A stretch of 56,154 nt of DNA from Actinomycetota bacterium (GCA_009886115.1 VFJJ01000100.1:1-56154), one strand, 5' to 3'; shown: positions 46,452 through 56,027, numbered from the stretch's first letter. Notes: a model not told the origin generated them from the sequence alone. Numbers and translations are program-made.

Positions 46452-47483
46452 TCAGCGGGTGCCGGCCTCGGCCAGGGCCTTGACCGCAGCCACGTTCTCG
46501 GTGGTCACGAAGCCCGGGCCGGTGAGGATGGGCAACCCGCCACCGGCGATGTTCAGGTTCGTCTTCTGGAGGTACATGAGCACGACGGGCAGGTACCCCT
46601 GGAGGTACTGCTGCTGGTCGATGGTGAAGGCGACGGTCCCGGCCTCCAATGCGGAAATCAGGTCGGGGGAGACGTCGAAACCGGCGATGACGAGCTCGCG
46701 ACCGGCAGTCTCACCGGCGGCGATCGCCCGCAGCGGCAGGTTCGGCCCGGTGCCCATCACGGCATCGATGTCGGGGTCGGCCTGGAGCAACGCGGCGATC
46801 TGGGCCTCCTGCTCGGTGGGGTCGGCGTCGAGGCCGACGAACTCCGAGACCACATCGCCGCCGAAGGTGGTGGCGAGACCCTCACAGCGCTCCTCGAGCG
46901 CGATGTTGGTCTGCTCCTGGCGAGCGCACAGGATCTTGGTCGCGCCCAAGGTGTTGAAGCGCTCTCCGGCACCCTCGCCGGCCACGGTCTCGGTCTGGCC
47001 GACGTGGGTGATCGCGCCCAGTTCCTTGTAGTTGTTCAGGCCCGAGTTGAGCGTGTACAGCGGGATGCCGGCGGCGACGACGGCCTTGGCCGCCGCTTCG
47101 AGACCGGCCGGGTCGGCCAGCGAGATGGCGATCCCGTCGGAGCCCGCGGCGATGGCCGCCTCGATGGCCTGCGACTGGGCCTCGGCGTCGTTGTTCGCTC
47201 CGAAGTACCTCACGGTGACGCCGAGGTCGGTCCCCGCCTGCTCGGCCCCCTTCTGAGCAACCGACCAGAACACCCCGTCGTCGCCGTGGGTGATCACGTC
47301 GAACGTGAAGTCGGTCGCCTGGTCGACCTGGACCGTGTCGCCCGACGTGTCGCCGGACGTTGCCCCCGCGGTGTCGGCCGAGGTGTCGCCGGTCGCGCCG
47401 CTGTCGTCATCATCGTCACCGCACGCGGCGGCGAAGAGGCTCAGCGCCAGACCGAGCGCCAGTACGTACTTGAGCTTTCTCAT
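46452..47483 (-). CDS. Sugar/inositol ABC substrate-binding lipoprotein
   Basis: Lipobox FAAAC, ITHG..FWSV, ALEERC, GFD, DQQQYLQGY, TGPGFVT. Confidence 0.9.
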   Translation of the reverse strand: MRKLKYVLALGLALSLFAAACGDDDDDSGATGDTSADTAGATSGDTSGDTVQVDQATDFTFDVITHGDDGVFWSVAQKGAEQAGTDLGVTVRYFGANNDAEAQSQAIEAAIAAGSDGIAISLADPAGLEAAAKAVVAAGIPLYTLNSGLNNYKELGAITHVGQTETVAGEGAGERFNTLGATKILCARQEQTNIALEERCEGLATTFGGDVVSEFVGLDADPTEQEAQIAALLQADPDIDAVMGTGPNLPLRAIAAGETAGRELVIAGFDVSPDLISALEAGTVAFTIDQQQYLQGYLPVVLMYLQKTNLNIAGGGLPILTGPGFVTTENVAAVKALAEAGTR

Positions 47484-47726
47484 GATCGAACTTCCCCCTG
47501 TTGGTGTGAACTGCCGGTGTGAACCGGAGCCCGGTTTCACACCAGCGACCGTACACCTAGGGTGTCCGAGCGTGAAGTGATCCGAGGCTCCGTAGGTAGG
47601 CGAACACCTACTGCTATGGTTCGCAAATCGGGCCGCTCCGCCTCGGCAGATCTTCTCGTCGAGGAAGGCAGCGTCCTGGTGTGTGCTCGCCACGCTATGG
47701 GAATCCTCCGTGCTCGCGCCATAACG

Positions 47727-47776
47727 TTGACGTGCTCTAAGACCACGTGGATAGCCCGGATTCGGAGAGATGTCAA
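47727..47776 (-). promoter_or_regulatory. Possible sigmaA promoter for the ABC operon with a LacI-like half operator
   Basis: Minus strand TTGACA-N17-TATCCA (imperfect -10), followed by TTAGAGCACGTCAA. Confidence 0.35.
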
Positions 47777-48525
47777 GCGAGCGCCCCGGAGTCACAGGGT
47801 TCTCCAATGCTCGTGTGGGCACCGGGTACGCGCTCGGTGCCCAGCGTCGCCGTTGGGGCGCGCCGATCGTCGGGTTGGTGACCCTCCTCGCCATCGAGTT
47901 GGGGTGCGGTGGCCCCGATGGAGGTTCGCAACCGCGTCCCGATCCGGGCGCGGCTGTCGTGTCCATCAGAGCGGTCGGATGTCGGCCGTTCGCCTCGCTC
48001 GGGACGGGGACGGTCGTCGGCGACGACCTCGTGCTCACCGCGGCCCACCCGGTTGCCGGCGAGACCACGATCACCGTCACCACGAGCGACGGTCGTACCC
48101 TCGGCGCTGAGATCGCCGCCATCGACACCGTCAACGATGGCGCTGTGCTGCGGGTGGCAGATCTGGCGGGGCTGGCGATCGAACCCCTCGATCTCACCAT
48201 CGAGAGTGAGCCTGGTGCGGCGACGGTGCTCATCGTCGAGGGTGAGCGCCCGGTCGAGTTGGTGCGGCGCGTCGATATCGCCACATCGGACATCTATCTC
48301 GAGGGCGAGCACCACCGCCAGGGCCTCGAGTTACGGGGATTGATCGAGCCGGGCGACTCGGGCGCAGCGGTGCTCGACTCCGATGGGCGCATCGTCGGTG
48401 TGGCCTTCGCTTCGAGCCGGCAGACTGCCGATCGCGGTTGGGCTGTGCGCAGCGAGGAGTTCCTCCCACTCATCGAGAGCGCCCGTCTCGGGCGGCCCGT
48501 CGCCGGCGCCGAGTGCTCCCGATGA
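47770..48525 (+). CDS. Secreted trypsin-like serine protease
   Basis: VLTAAH, NDGAVL, PGDSGA triad motifs; hydrophobic N-region. Start uncertain. Confidence 0.8.
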   Translation: MSSERPGVTGFSNARVGTGYALGAQRRRWGAPIVGLVTLLAIELGCGGPDGGSQPRPDPGAAVVSIRAVGCRPFASLGTGTVVGDDLVLTAAHPVAGETTITVTTSDGRTLGAEIAAIDTVNDGAVLRVADLAGLAIEPLDLTIESEPGAATVLIVEGERPVELVRRVDIATSDIYLEGEHHRQGLELRGLIEPGDSGAAVLDSDGRIVGVAFASSRQTADRGWAVRSEEFLPLIESARLGRPVAGAECSR

Positions 48526-49769
48526 CCGGCGATGCATCGGGGCGCACGCACCGGCGCGACCCGGCCCTCATGTACCTGGGTTCGTTCGTCGGTGTGGGCT
48601 TGGCGCTGAGCCTGCTGGGACCGTCGATCGGGTTACTCAAGGGCCAGGTCGAGGTCGACACCGGCGAGATCAGCGCCGTCTTCACCGCGCAGGGAGCCGG
48701 CTACCTGCTCGGCGCGACCGTCATCGGCCGGCGGTTCGACCGCGGTGCGTCGAATGGCCTCTTCACCCGAGGACTGCTCACGCTCGCCGTGGGAATGGCC
48801 GCGGTGCCTGCCGCCCGCTCCCTGGTCGTGCTGTTGTGCCTGTTCGGCGTGATCGGCGCAGCCGCGGGGACGATCGACGTGGGGGGTAACACGTTACTTA
48901 CTCGCCGCCGTTCGGGCGCGCCGGCAGCCTGGTTGGCCGCGCTCCACCTCAGCTTCGGTATCGGTGCGTTGCTCAGCCCGGCCCTTGTCGCCGCGTCGGA
49001 GTCGCTCCGCGACGACGTGCTGTTCGCCACGACGGTCACCGCGGTGGTGTGCTGCGGTGTAGCCGCCTGGGCCGCCTGGGCCGACCCGCCACCGCCGGGG
49101 CATCAGACATCCGCAGGTCCGATCCCGAGCCGGGGGCCGTTTCGGCTTCGATCGGTCCCGCGACGGCCGGCGATGCCCAAGGGGGCGTGGCTGATCGTCG
49201 GCGCCCTCCTGCTGAATGTGGCCGCTGAGCTCTCGTTCGCCGGATGGGTCCACACGTACAGCGTGGAGAGCGGGCTCGGTGCCGCGACGGCCACCGGCGC
49301 CACGGCCGGATTCTGGGCCGCGTTCGTCTCGGGACGGCTTCTGAGCGTGTTCCTCGCGAGACGGGTGACGAGCTCTGCCATGCTGTTTCACGCTGCGGTG
49401 CTTGCGCTGCTCGGAGGGGCGGTGATGACGATAGGCCAGGGACATGCGGTATCGGTGTGGGTCGGAGTGGTGCTGATCGGGCTGGGGCTCGCTCCACAGT
49501 TCCCGATGACCATCGCGTTCGCAGGCGAATGCTTCGTCGTGACCGCAGCGATGATGTCGCGCTTCGTCGCTGCCGCTGGTGCGGCGTCACTGCTCTTCCC
49601 GTTCCTGACGGGGCGCCTGATCGACGCCGTCGGCCCGGGCGCCTTCCCCGTCACCGTGTCCGTGATCTTGGTGGCCAACCTCGCGTGGGTGGTGGGGTTC
49701 CGTCGCCTGAGGGCTCGAGCCCAGGTGGTCACTCCGATGTCGACCCCCGAAGCACCGCACACCCTGTGA
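48522..49769 (+). CDS. MFS transporter (FucP/TsgA-like)
   Basis: About 12 TMs, LLGPS, DVGGN, LHLSFGIGALLSP, AAELSFAGW. ATGA-coupled to the protease. Confidence 0.85.
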   Translation: MTGDASGRTHRRDPALMYLGSFVGVGLALSLLGPSIGLLKGQVEVDTGEISAVFTAQGAGYLLGATVIGRRFDRGASNGLFTRGLLTLAVGMAAVPAARSLVVLLCLFGVIGAAAGTIDVGGNTLLTRRRSGAPAAWLAALHLSFGIGALLSPALVAASESLRDDVLFATTVTAVVCCGVAAWAAWADPPPPGHQTSAGPIPSRGPFRLRSVPRRPAMPKGAWLIVGALLLNVAAELSFAGWVHTYSVESGLGAATATGATAGFWAAFVSGRLLSVFLARRVTSSAMLFHAAVLALLGGAVMTIGQGHAVSVWVGVVLIGLGLAPQFPMTIAFAGECFVVTAAMMSRFVAAAGAASLLFPFLTGRLIDAVGPGAFPVTVSVILVANLAWVVGFRRLRARAQVVTPMSTPEAPHTL

Positions 49770-49898
49770 TGCTCCGCGATCCCTCCTGCAGCACCTGTCG
49801 TTCGGGCGGGTCCTGTGCCGCTCGTGTGACAGGTGTTCGATGGTGTGGGGTGCGGGCGGCCATGGGCCGCGCCTGGGCGGCGACGCGGCGTTCCCGGT

Positions 49899-51371
49899 TC
49901 AGTCCGAATGAGCAGGGCGGGCCTCGATCGCCGCCTCCCGGTACCGCTCGCGTACACCGACGGCGTCGACCGACGGGCGGGGGTCGACCGTGATCCCGAC
50001 GCCGAGTCCCCACGCCACGGCGACGTCCTGGAGTGGCACTTCCAGCATGATCGCCGCGGCCTGGACGCAGGCTCCGGTGGCTACCGTCTCGTCGGCCGAC
50101 GGGACCAGCACGGCAGCACCGAGGAGGTCGGCGAGGCGTTGTCGGTAGGCCGGCGAGCGCGACCCTCCGCCCACCAGGTACACGGCCCCGTCGGCACCCA
50201 CGCCGTTTCGCCTCAGCTCGTCGAGGCCCTCGAGCAGGCCGCAGACCACGCCGTCGAACGCGGCCAGGGCCACCTGCTCGCGGGTGGTCGAGGTACGCAG
50301 GCCGATCAGGCGGCCGGTGGCGTTGGGCCGGTTGGGGGTCCGCTCACCGTCGAAGTACGGGACGAGCACCGGCCCCCCGATATAGCGGGAGCTGGCCTGG
50401 GTCATCGCCATCTCCGACAGCTCCGCAATATCGACCCCGAGCAGGTGGGCCACGGTGTCGGTGACCTTGGTGGCGTTGAGCGTGCAGACCAAGGGGAGAA
50501 AGCGACCGGTCGCGTCGGCGAATCCGGCCACGGCCCCGGCGGGATCGGCGGTGGGGGTCTCCGACACCGAGTAGACCGTGCCCGATGTGCCGATCGAGAA
50601 GGCGACGTCGCCGGCTCGGAGCCCGAGCCCGAGAGCTGCAGCCATGTTGTCGCCGGTCCCCGGGCCGACGAGCACCGGGGCCGGGAGTTCCAGCGCGGCG
50701 GCCCCGTCGGCGGTGATGGTGCCGGCCATCTCGGTCGGCCCGAGCACGCTGGGGAGGGCCTCGGCCGGGAGACCGAGTTCGCCCAGTATCTCGGCGACGT
50801 ACCCGGTGCTCGACCACCAGCCGGTTCCCGATGCGTCGCCGCGGTCGGTTACGGCGCGGCCGCACAAGCGGTATGTGAGCCAATCGTGGGGGAGCATCAC
50901 CGACGCGACGCGGGCCCGCACGTCGGGCTCGTGCTCGGCCAGCCAGGCCAGCTTGGTCACCGTGAACGACGCCGTGGGCACCGAGCCGGTGGTCGCGGCC
51001 CACCACCCGGCTCCGTGGCGTTCGACCAGGGCGGCCGCCTGAGGGGCCGACGTCGTGTCGTTCCAGAGCTTGGCCGGGCGTAGCACGCCTCCTTCGGCGT
51101 CGAGCACGACCATTCCGTGCTGCTGGGCGCCGACCGAGACGGCGCACACGCGCCGGCGATGCTCGCCCAGCTGCGCCATGGCCTCCACCAGAGCCCCCCA
51201 CCATTCGGCCGGGTCCTGTTCCGAGACCGGCGGATGGGTCGGCGGATGGGCCGCTCGGCCGACGGCCACGACCTCACCGGTTTCGAGCAGGCGAGCCTCG
51301 ACCTTGGTCGACTGCGTCGAGGAATCAACGCCGATGACGATGTCGCCGGCTCGAGATCGAACGCGGTTCAT
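49899..51371 (-). CDS. xylB: Xylulokinase
   Basis: GVDSSTQSTK, QQHG, LWNDT, GTGDNM, GERTP, GGGSRS. Follows xylA. Confidence 0.92.
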   Translation of the reverse strand: MNRVRSRAGDIVIGVDSSTQSTKVEARLLETGEVVAVGRAAHPPTHPPVSEQDPAEWWGALVEAMAQLGEHRRRVCAVSVGAQQHGMVVLDAEGGVLRPAKLWNDTTSAPQAAALVERHGAGWWAATTGSVPTASFTVTKLAWLAEHEPDVRARVASVMLPHDWLTYRLCGRAVTDRGDASGTGWWSSTGYVAEILGELGLPAEALPSVLGPTEMAGTITADGAAALELPAPVLVGPGTGDNMAAALGLGLRAGDVAFSIGTSGTVYSVSETPTADPAGAVAGFADATGRFLPLVCTLNATKVTDTVAHLLGVDIAELSEMAMTQASSRYIGGPVLVPYFDGERTPNRPNATGRLIGLRTSTTREQVALAAFDGVVCGLLEGLDELRRNGVGADGAVYLVGGGSRSPAYRQRLADLLGAAVLVPSADETVATGACVQAAAIMLEVPLQDVAVAWGLGVGITVDPRPSVDAVGVRERYREAAIEARPAHSD

Positions 51372-51408
51372 GGCCGCGTGACGCGCTGCCCAGGCTCAGC
51401 GGGCACGT

Positions 51409-52746
51409 TCAGCGGGCTCGTTCGACATGGCGAGCCACGAGGTTCTCGAGCGCCTCCTGGCGACCCGACAGGCGTTCGGGCTCACCGTGGCCGAGCCCGA
51501 GGGCCCGCCCATGGAGCGACTCCAGGGTCTCGTCACCGCCGAGGATGCGTCGACCCAGCTCGCCGTCCCAACCGGAGTAACGCTCGCTGCGAACCCGGGC
51601 CAGAGCCCCGTCCTCGACGAGCGCGGCGGCGACGAGGAGAGCTCGGGCCACGGTGTCGACGCCTCCGATGTGGGCGTGGAAGAGGTCACTGCGGTCGATC
51701 GACTGGCGGCGAAGCTTGGCGTCGAAGTTGAAACCACCGGTCGTCAGCCCCCCGCCCGCGAGGATCTCGTAAAGCCCTAGGGCCATCTGCTCCACCGACA
51801 ACGGGAAGCGGTCGACATCCCAGCCCAGACGGTCGTCGCCGGCGTTGGCGTCGACGGAGCCGAAGATGCCCGCCGCCATCGCCGTGGCGATCTCGTGGGC
51901 GAAGTCGTGGCCGGCCAGCGTGGCGTGGTTGACCTCGATGTTGACCCGCACCTCGTCGGCGAGGCCGTACCGCTGGAGAAACGCATGCACCGAGGCCACG
52001 TCGAAGTCGTACTGGTGCTTCGTCGGCTCGAACGGCTTGGGCTCGACCAGGATCGTGCCGGTGAAGCCGATGCGGTGCTTGTGCTCGACGACTAGATGCA
52101 AGAGCCGCGCCATCTGGTCGAGCTCTCGCTTCATGTCGGTATTCAGCAGGGTCTCGTAGCCCTCCCGCCCACCCCAGAGCACGTAATTGTGCCCACCGAG
52201 CCGATGGGTTGCTTCGAGGCAGTGCCGCACCTGGGCCGCGGCCCAGGCGAACACCTCAGGGTCGGGGTTCGTTGCCGCTCCGGCTTGATAACGCGGGTTC
52301 GAGAACAGGTTGGCGGTACCCCACAGGAGCTGGGTACCGGTACGGCGCATGTGCATGAGCGCCTCGTCGACCATCTCGTCGAGATGGGCACACGACTCCT
52401 TGAAGCTCGTCCCCTCGGGCGCGATGTCACGGTCGTGGAAGCAGAAGAACGGCGTCCCGAGCTTCTCGAAGAACTCGAAGGCGGCGGCCATCTTGGCCCG
52501 GGCCGCGCTCATCGGATCGCTGGACGGGGCCAGCCACGGTCGATCGAGGGTTCCTGAACCGAAGACGTCGGAGCCGTCCCCGTTGAACGAATGCCAGTAA
52601 CACACGGCGAGACGAAGATGGTCTTCCATGCGGCGCCCGGCGACGACCCGGTCGCGGTCGTACCAACGGTACGCCAAGGGATTGTCGGAGTCGGGGCCCT
52701 CGTAACGGATGGGCGCCGTCACCTCGCCGAAGAACTCTGTCATCAC
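51409..52746 (-). CDS. xylA: Xylose isomerase, class II
   Basis: [58 protein letters not shown]; about 445 aa. Confidence 0.96.
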   Translation of the reverse strand: MMTEFFGEVTAPIRYEGPDSDNPLAYRWYDRDRVVAGRRMEDHLRLAVCYWHSFNGDGSDVFGSGTLDRPWLAPSSDPMSAARAKMAAAFEFFEKLGTPFFCFHDRDIAPEGTSFKESCAHLDEMVDEALMHMRRTGTQLLWGTANLFSNPRYQAGAATNPDPEVFAWAAAQVRHCLEATHRLGGHNYVLWGGREGYETLLNTDMKRELDQMARLLHLVVEHKHRIGFTGTILVEPKPFEPTKHQYDFDVASVHAFLQRYGLADEVRVNIEVNHATLAGHDFAHEIATAMAAGIFGSVDANAGDDRLGWDVDRFPLSVEQMALGLYEILAGGGLTTGGFNFDAKLRRQSIDRSDLFHAHIGGVDTVARALLVAAALVEDGALARVRSERYSGWDGELGRRILGGDETLESLHGRALGLGHGEPERLSGRQEALENLVARHVERAR

Positions 52747-52957
52747 TGCCCCCAGTCTCGCTCAGCAGGCGCAGACTACGCCGTGGGGTAGTAGCGCAGC
52801 GAGCAGCCCGCGCCTGCTCCGGGCCAGCCCGTCTCCACCTCGACATCAACCCACGCGAACTCCCCGCCCGCTGCTTGCATGCTCAGGTGCTGCGTGAACT
52901 GGCATCCTCCGCTGAGCTCGAAGACACGCGAGCTCCGACAACGCGTAGACTGCGGGG

Positions 52958-53983
52958 ATGCCGTCGCCTGTCCGCATCGCTCTGGTCGGCCTCGGTCGCA
53001 TGGGAATGGTCCACGCAACCGCGCTCGTCGTCGAGCCCTCGATCGCGGTGGTGGCCCTGGCCGATCCGGTGGAGCGTTGCCGTCGGGCCGGAGCGGCGTT
53101 GTACCCCGGTGCCGCGCTGTTCTCCGATCCCCTCGAGGCGTTCGAGCATCCCGACGTCGAGGCTTGCCTGATAGCTGCCCCAACCCCGCTCCATCCCGAT
53201 CTCGTGCGAGCGGCCTTGGGCGCGGGCGTCCATGTGCTGTGCGAGAAGCCACTGGCCTTCGACCCCGACGAGGCCGTCCGGTTGGGCGAGATGGCCGTCG
53301 CGTCCGACTGCGTCTTGCATGTCGGCCACTGGCGCCGATTCGCCCCCCCGTGGGCCTCGGCGAAGCACGCACTCCGGAGCGGCTCGATCGGCGTTCCGAC
53401 CTTCCTGCGCTTGTGCCAATGGGACGCCACCGCACCACCACCGTCGTTCTGTGACCCTGCGGTCAGCGGCGGTCTGGCCGTCGATTGCGGGGTTCACGAG
53501 TTCGACCTGGCCGAGTGGCTCACCGGGCAGCGCATCACCAGGGTCCACGCCTGGACAGGCCCGACGGCCCACCCCGAGGTGATCGCCGTGGGCGACGTCG
53601 ACAACCTCATGGTCGTCGCTGAGCTCGACGGCGGGGCCAAGGCGGTCATCGACCTCGCGCGGCACTGCCGCTACGGCGACGACGTCCGCAGCGACATTCT
53701 GGGTACCGAGGGGGCGATCTTGGTCGAGCAGCTGCCGGCCGGGCGGACGCGTCTCGGCACCGCAACCGGAATGGTCGTGATACCGGGTTCGGTGGTCGAC
53801 GACGTCACGAGCGCCGGTGTGGTTGCCCAGGCCCAGGTCTTCGCCGCTGCTGTACGCAACCCGTTGGCCGTGCACGCCGACGCTGCTGGTGCCGTGGCCA
53901 GTGCCCGAGCCACTGCGGTGGGCCTGGCGGCCGCCGTTGCCCAGCGCGTCGGGCACCCAGTCGAAGTCACCTTCGGACACTGA
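52958..53983 (+). CDS. Gfo/Idh/MocA family oxidoreductase
   Basis: GLGRMG, CEKP, GGLAVDCGVHEFD, YGDDVR. Confidence 0.88.
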   Translation: MPSPVRIALVGLGRMGMVHATALVVEPSIAVVALADPVERCRRAGAALYPGAALFSDPLEAFEHPDVEACLIAAPTPLHPDLVRAALGAGVHVLCEKPLAFDPDEAVRLGEMAVASDCVLHVGHWRRFAPPWASAKHALRSGSIGVPTFLRLCQWDATAPPPSFCDPAVSGGLAVDCGVHEFDLAEWLTGQRITRVHAWTGPTAHPEVIAVGDVDNLMVVAELDGGAKAVIDLARHCRYGDDVRSDILGTEGAILVEQLPAGRTRLGTATGMVVIPGSVVDDVTSAGVVAQAQVFAAAVRNPLAVHADAAGAVASARATAVGLAAAVAQRVGHPVEVTFGH

Positions 53984-53998
53984 TCCCGGGAGGACGCA

Positions 53999-54877
53999 AT
54001 GATCGATGGGCCAACCGACGCCCGAGTGGTCTTCCACCAGGACGATGTCGGGATGTGTCACGGTGCCAACGTTGCGTTCCGTGAGCTGCGCGAGCTCGGT
54101 ATCGTCACGAGCGGCTCGGTCATGGTGCCCTGCCCGTGGTTCGCCGAGCTGGCCGAGATGGCGGCGGGCGAACCTGCTCTCGACACCGGCGTGCACCTCA
54201 CGCTCACCGCCGAGAAGCCGCACTACCGATGGGGCCCATTGGTGTCGGTTTCCCCGTCGGCCGGCCTCACCGATCCCGATGGTTACCTGTGGCGCGACGT
54301 CGCCAGTGTCCGCCGGAACGCGCATCCCGACGCGGTCGAGATCGAGTTCAGAGCCCAGATCGAGCGAGCCCTCGCGGCGGGGATCGACGTGACCCACCTC
54401 GATGCGCACATGGGTTGCGCGCTGGCGACCGAGTTCGCCGACATCTACCTGCGTCTCGGCACCGAGTACCGCCTGCCCATCCTGCTCACCGAGACCGTGG
54501 CCGCCTACACCCCGAACAAGCATCTCGTCGGCGTGAGCGAAGCAGCGTACGGCGAGGTCGTCGAACGGGCCCGAGAGCTCGACCAGCCGATCTTCGACCG
54601 GGCGCTCGAAACCGACTTCCAACGTACGACACCCGCGGAGGCGTTTTATCGGTCACTGATCGAGAGCATCGGACCGGGCTTGAGCTTCCTGGCCCTGCAC
54701 CCCAATGCGCCGGGCGAGATCGAGGTGATCGAGCCGGGAACGTCGTACATACGAACCGACGAGCACGCGCTGTTCGCCGATCCGGAGTTCCGTTCGTGGG
54801 TGGCCGCTCGTCCGGTCGAGTGGATCGGCTTCCGGGTTCTGCGCGACGAGTACCGCGCCCGCCGGGGAGCCCGGTAG
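53999..54877 (+). CDS. YdjC/ChbG/HpnK family carbohydrate deacetylase
   Basis: HQDDVGMCHGAN, SVMVPCPW, GVHLTL, THLDAHMG, LHP. Confidence 0.85.
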   Translation: MIDGPTDARVVFHQDDVGMCHGANVAFRELRELGIVTSGSVMVPCPWFAELAEMAAGEPALDTGVHLTLTAEKPHYRWGPLVSVSPSAGLTDPDGYLWRDVASVRRNAHPDAVEIEFRAQIERALAAGIDVTHLDAHMGCALATEFADIYLRLGTEYRLPILLTETVAAYTPNKHLVGVSEAAYGEVVERARELDQPIFDRALETDFQRTTPAEAFYRSLIESIGPGLSFLALHPNAPGEIEVIEPGTSYIRTDEHALFADPEFRSWVAARPVEWIGFRVLRDEYRARRGAR

Positions 54878-54894
54878 CGCAGCGTCCCGTTCCG

Positions 54895-54942
54895 CAACTG
54901 TCAGCGTGGGGGGCCGTATCCGGCCCCCCACGCTGACAGTTG
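54895..54942. repeat. Perfect 22-bp inverted repeat (terminator or REP-like)
   Basis: CAACTGTCAGCGTGGGGGGCCG-TATC-CGGCCCCCCACGCTGACAGTTG between convergent genes. Confidence 0.9.
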
Positions 54943-54945
54943 GAG

Positions 54946-55006
54946 TTCTTGCTGGGTGCGACGACTTCCCCGGCGGCGCCGACCGTCTGGTCGCACCCAG
55001 TAAGAA
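54946..55006. repeat. 17-bp inverted repeat with 27-nt loop (REP-like)
   Basis: TTCTTGCTGGGTGCGAC ... GTCGCACCCAGTAAGAA, one G-T wobble. Confidence 0.8.
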
Positions 55007-55058
55007 AAGCGGGGTGAACGAGCCAGCGAAGGAACGGCTCGAGGGGCCATGCGGCAAC
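55007..55058 (+). repeat. Right copy of degenerate direct repeat (candidate island boundary)
   Basis: 55011-55031 is identical to 29573-29593. Confidence 0.8.
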
Positions 55059-55082
55059 GACCAATCGACTCGAAGATCTCGG

Positions 55083-56027
55083 TCAGAGCAGGTCCTGGAT
55101 CGCCGTGAACCAGAGGTCGGCGAGGATGGCGTAGCCGTCGCCGTTGGGGTGGATCAGGTCCGAGGCCATCGTCGACTCGTCGGCCCAGAACGGCGCGTTG
55201 GTGTCGACGGTTCGCACGCCATGCTGTGCGGCGACCTCCTCGACGACCCGGTCGAGGCGTACGGACATGGCCGACATCAGCTGCACCTCCTCGACGGTGA
55301 CGTTGGGCAGGTAGTTGTTGAGGTAGCTGATGTCGAGCGAGCAGGGACGCAGCGACTGGTCGTCGGGCAACCCGAGGACCACCAACGCTCCTGCCTGGGA
55401 AAGCTCACTCACCGTGCGGTCCAGGTTGGCCCGGAACGTCTCTTGTGCCGCATCCTCCTCTGCCGGTGTCGTTCCCTCAGGCGAGCCGTAGTCGTAGAGG
55501 TACCAGAGGTCGTTGGAACCGATCAGCACGGTGGCCAACACCGCCCGCCCGGCGGCGACGGCTGCCCCCACCTCTTTGAGCGCAGCCCCGAGCTGACCCG
55601 GCGCGCCGTCCTGGCCATCCACCATCCCGGTGCTGTGCCAGCCCGATACGCCGAAGTTCGCCAGCGACGAGCCCGACCTGCCCGGGGCCGCGTCGATCGA
55701 CTCCGTCAGCCGGCCCACGAAGCCCAGCCCGGAATCGTCGCCCTCACCGGCGGTCAGGCTGTCGCCGAGCGCGATCACGCTGACGGGCCCCTCTCGGAGC
55801 TCGGTCACTGGCGCTGCGCCGGGGTCGGTCGCGGGGCCAGCAGTGTCGGCCGTCGGCGCAGCGGTGTCGGTCGTCGGCTCGGTCGCCCGGGCCGTCGAGT
55901 CCGTCGAGTCGGCGGGGGAGGCGGGGGAGGCGGGGGAGGCGGGCTCATCGGGAGACGAGCTGCCGCACCCGGCCGTGAGCACCAAGACGCCGACGAGCGC
56001 GAGCGTGCGACGGAACGTCCTCTTCAT
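55083..56027 (-). CDS. SGNH/GDSL hydrolase lipoprotein
   Basis: Lipobox LTAGC, Pro/Thr/Ala linker, GDSLT, GVSG, GSND, DLIHPN. Confidence 0.9.
   Translation of the reverse strand: MKRTFRRTLALVGVLVLTAGCGSSSPDEPASPASPASPADSTDSTARATEPTTDTAAPTADTAGPATDPGAAPVTELREGPVSVIALGDSLTAGEGDDSGLGFVGRLTESIDAAPGRSGSSLANFGVSGWHSTGMVDGQDGAPGQLGAALKEVGAAVAAGRAVLATVLIGSNDLWYLYDYGSPEGTTPAEEDAAQETFRANLDRTVSELSQAGALVVLGLPDDQSLRPCSLDISYLNNYLPNVTVEEVQLMSAMSVRLDRVVEEVAAQHGVRTVDTNAPFWADESTMASDLIHPNGDGYAILADLWFTAIQDLL

Noticed and set aside
46452..48293. 613-aa version of the substrate-binding protein
   Set aside because: The upstream part is antisense to the protease; a signal peptide with lipobox and RBS begins at 47483.
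54951..54985. Possible attR copy of the tRNA-Lys 3' end (CTGGGTGCGA...CCCCGGCGGC)
   Set aside because: Needs several gaps and is explained by the palindrome arm; too weak to call.
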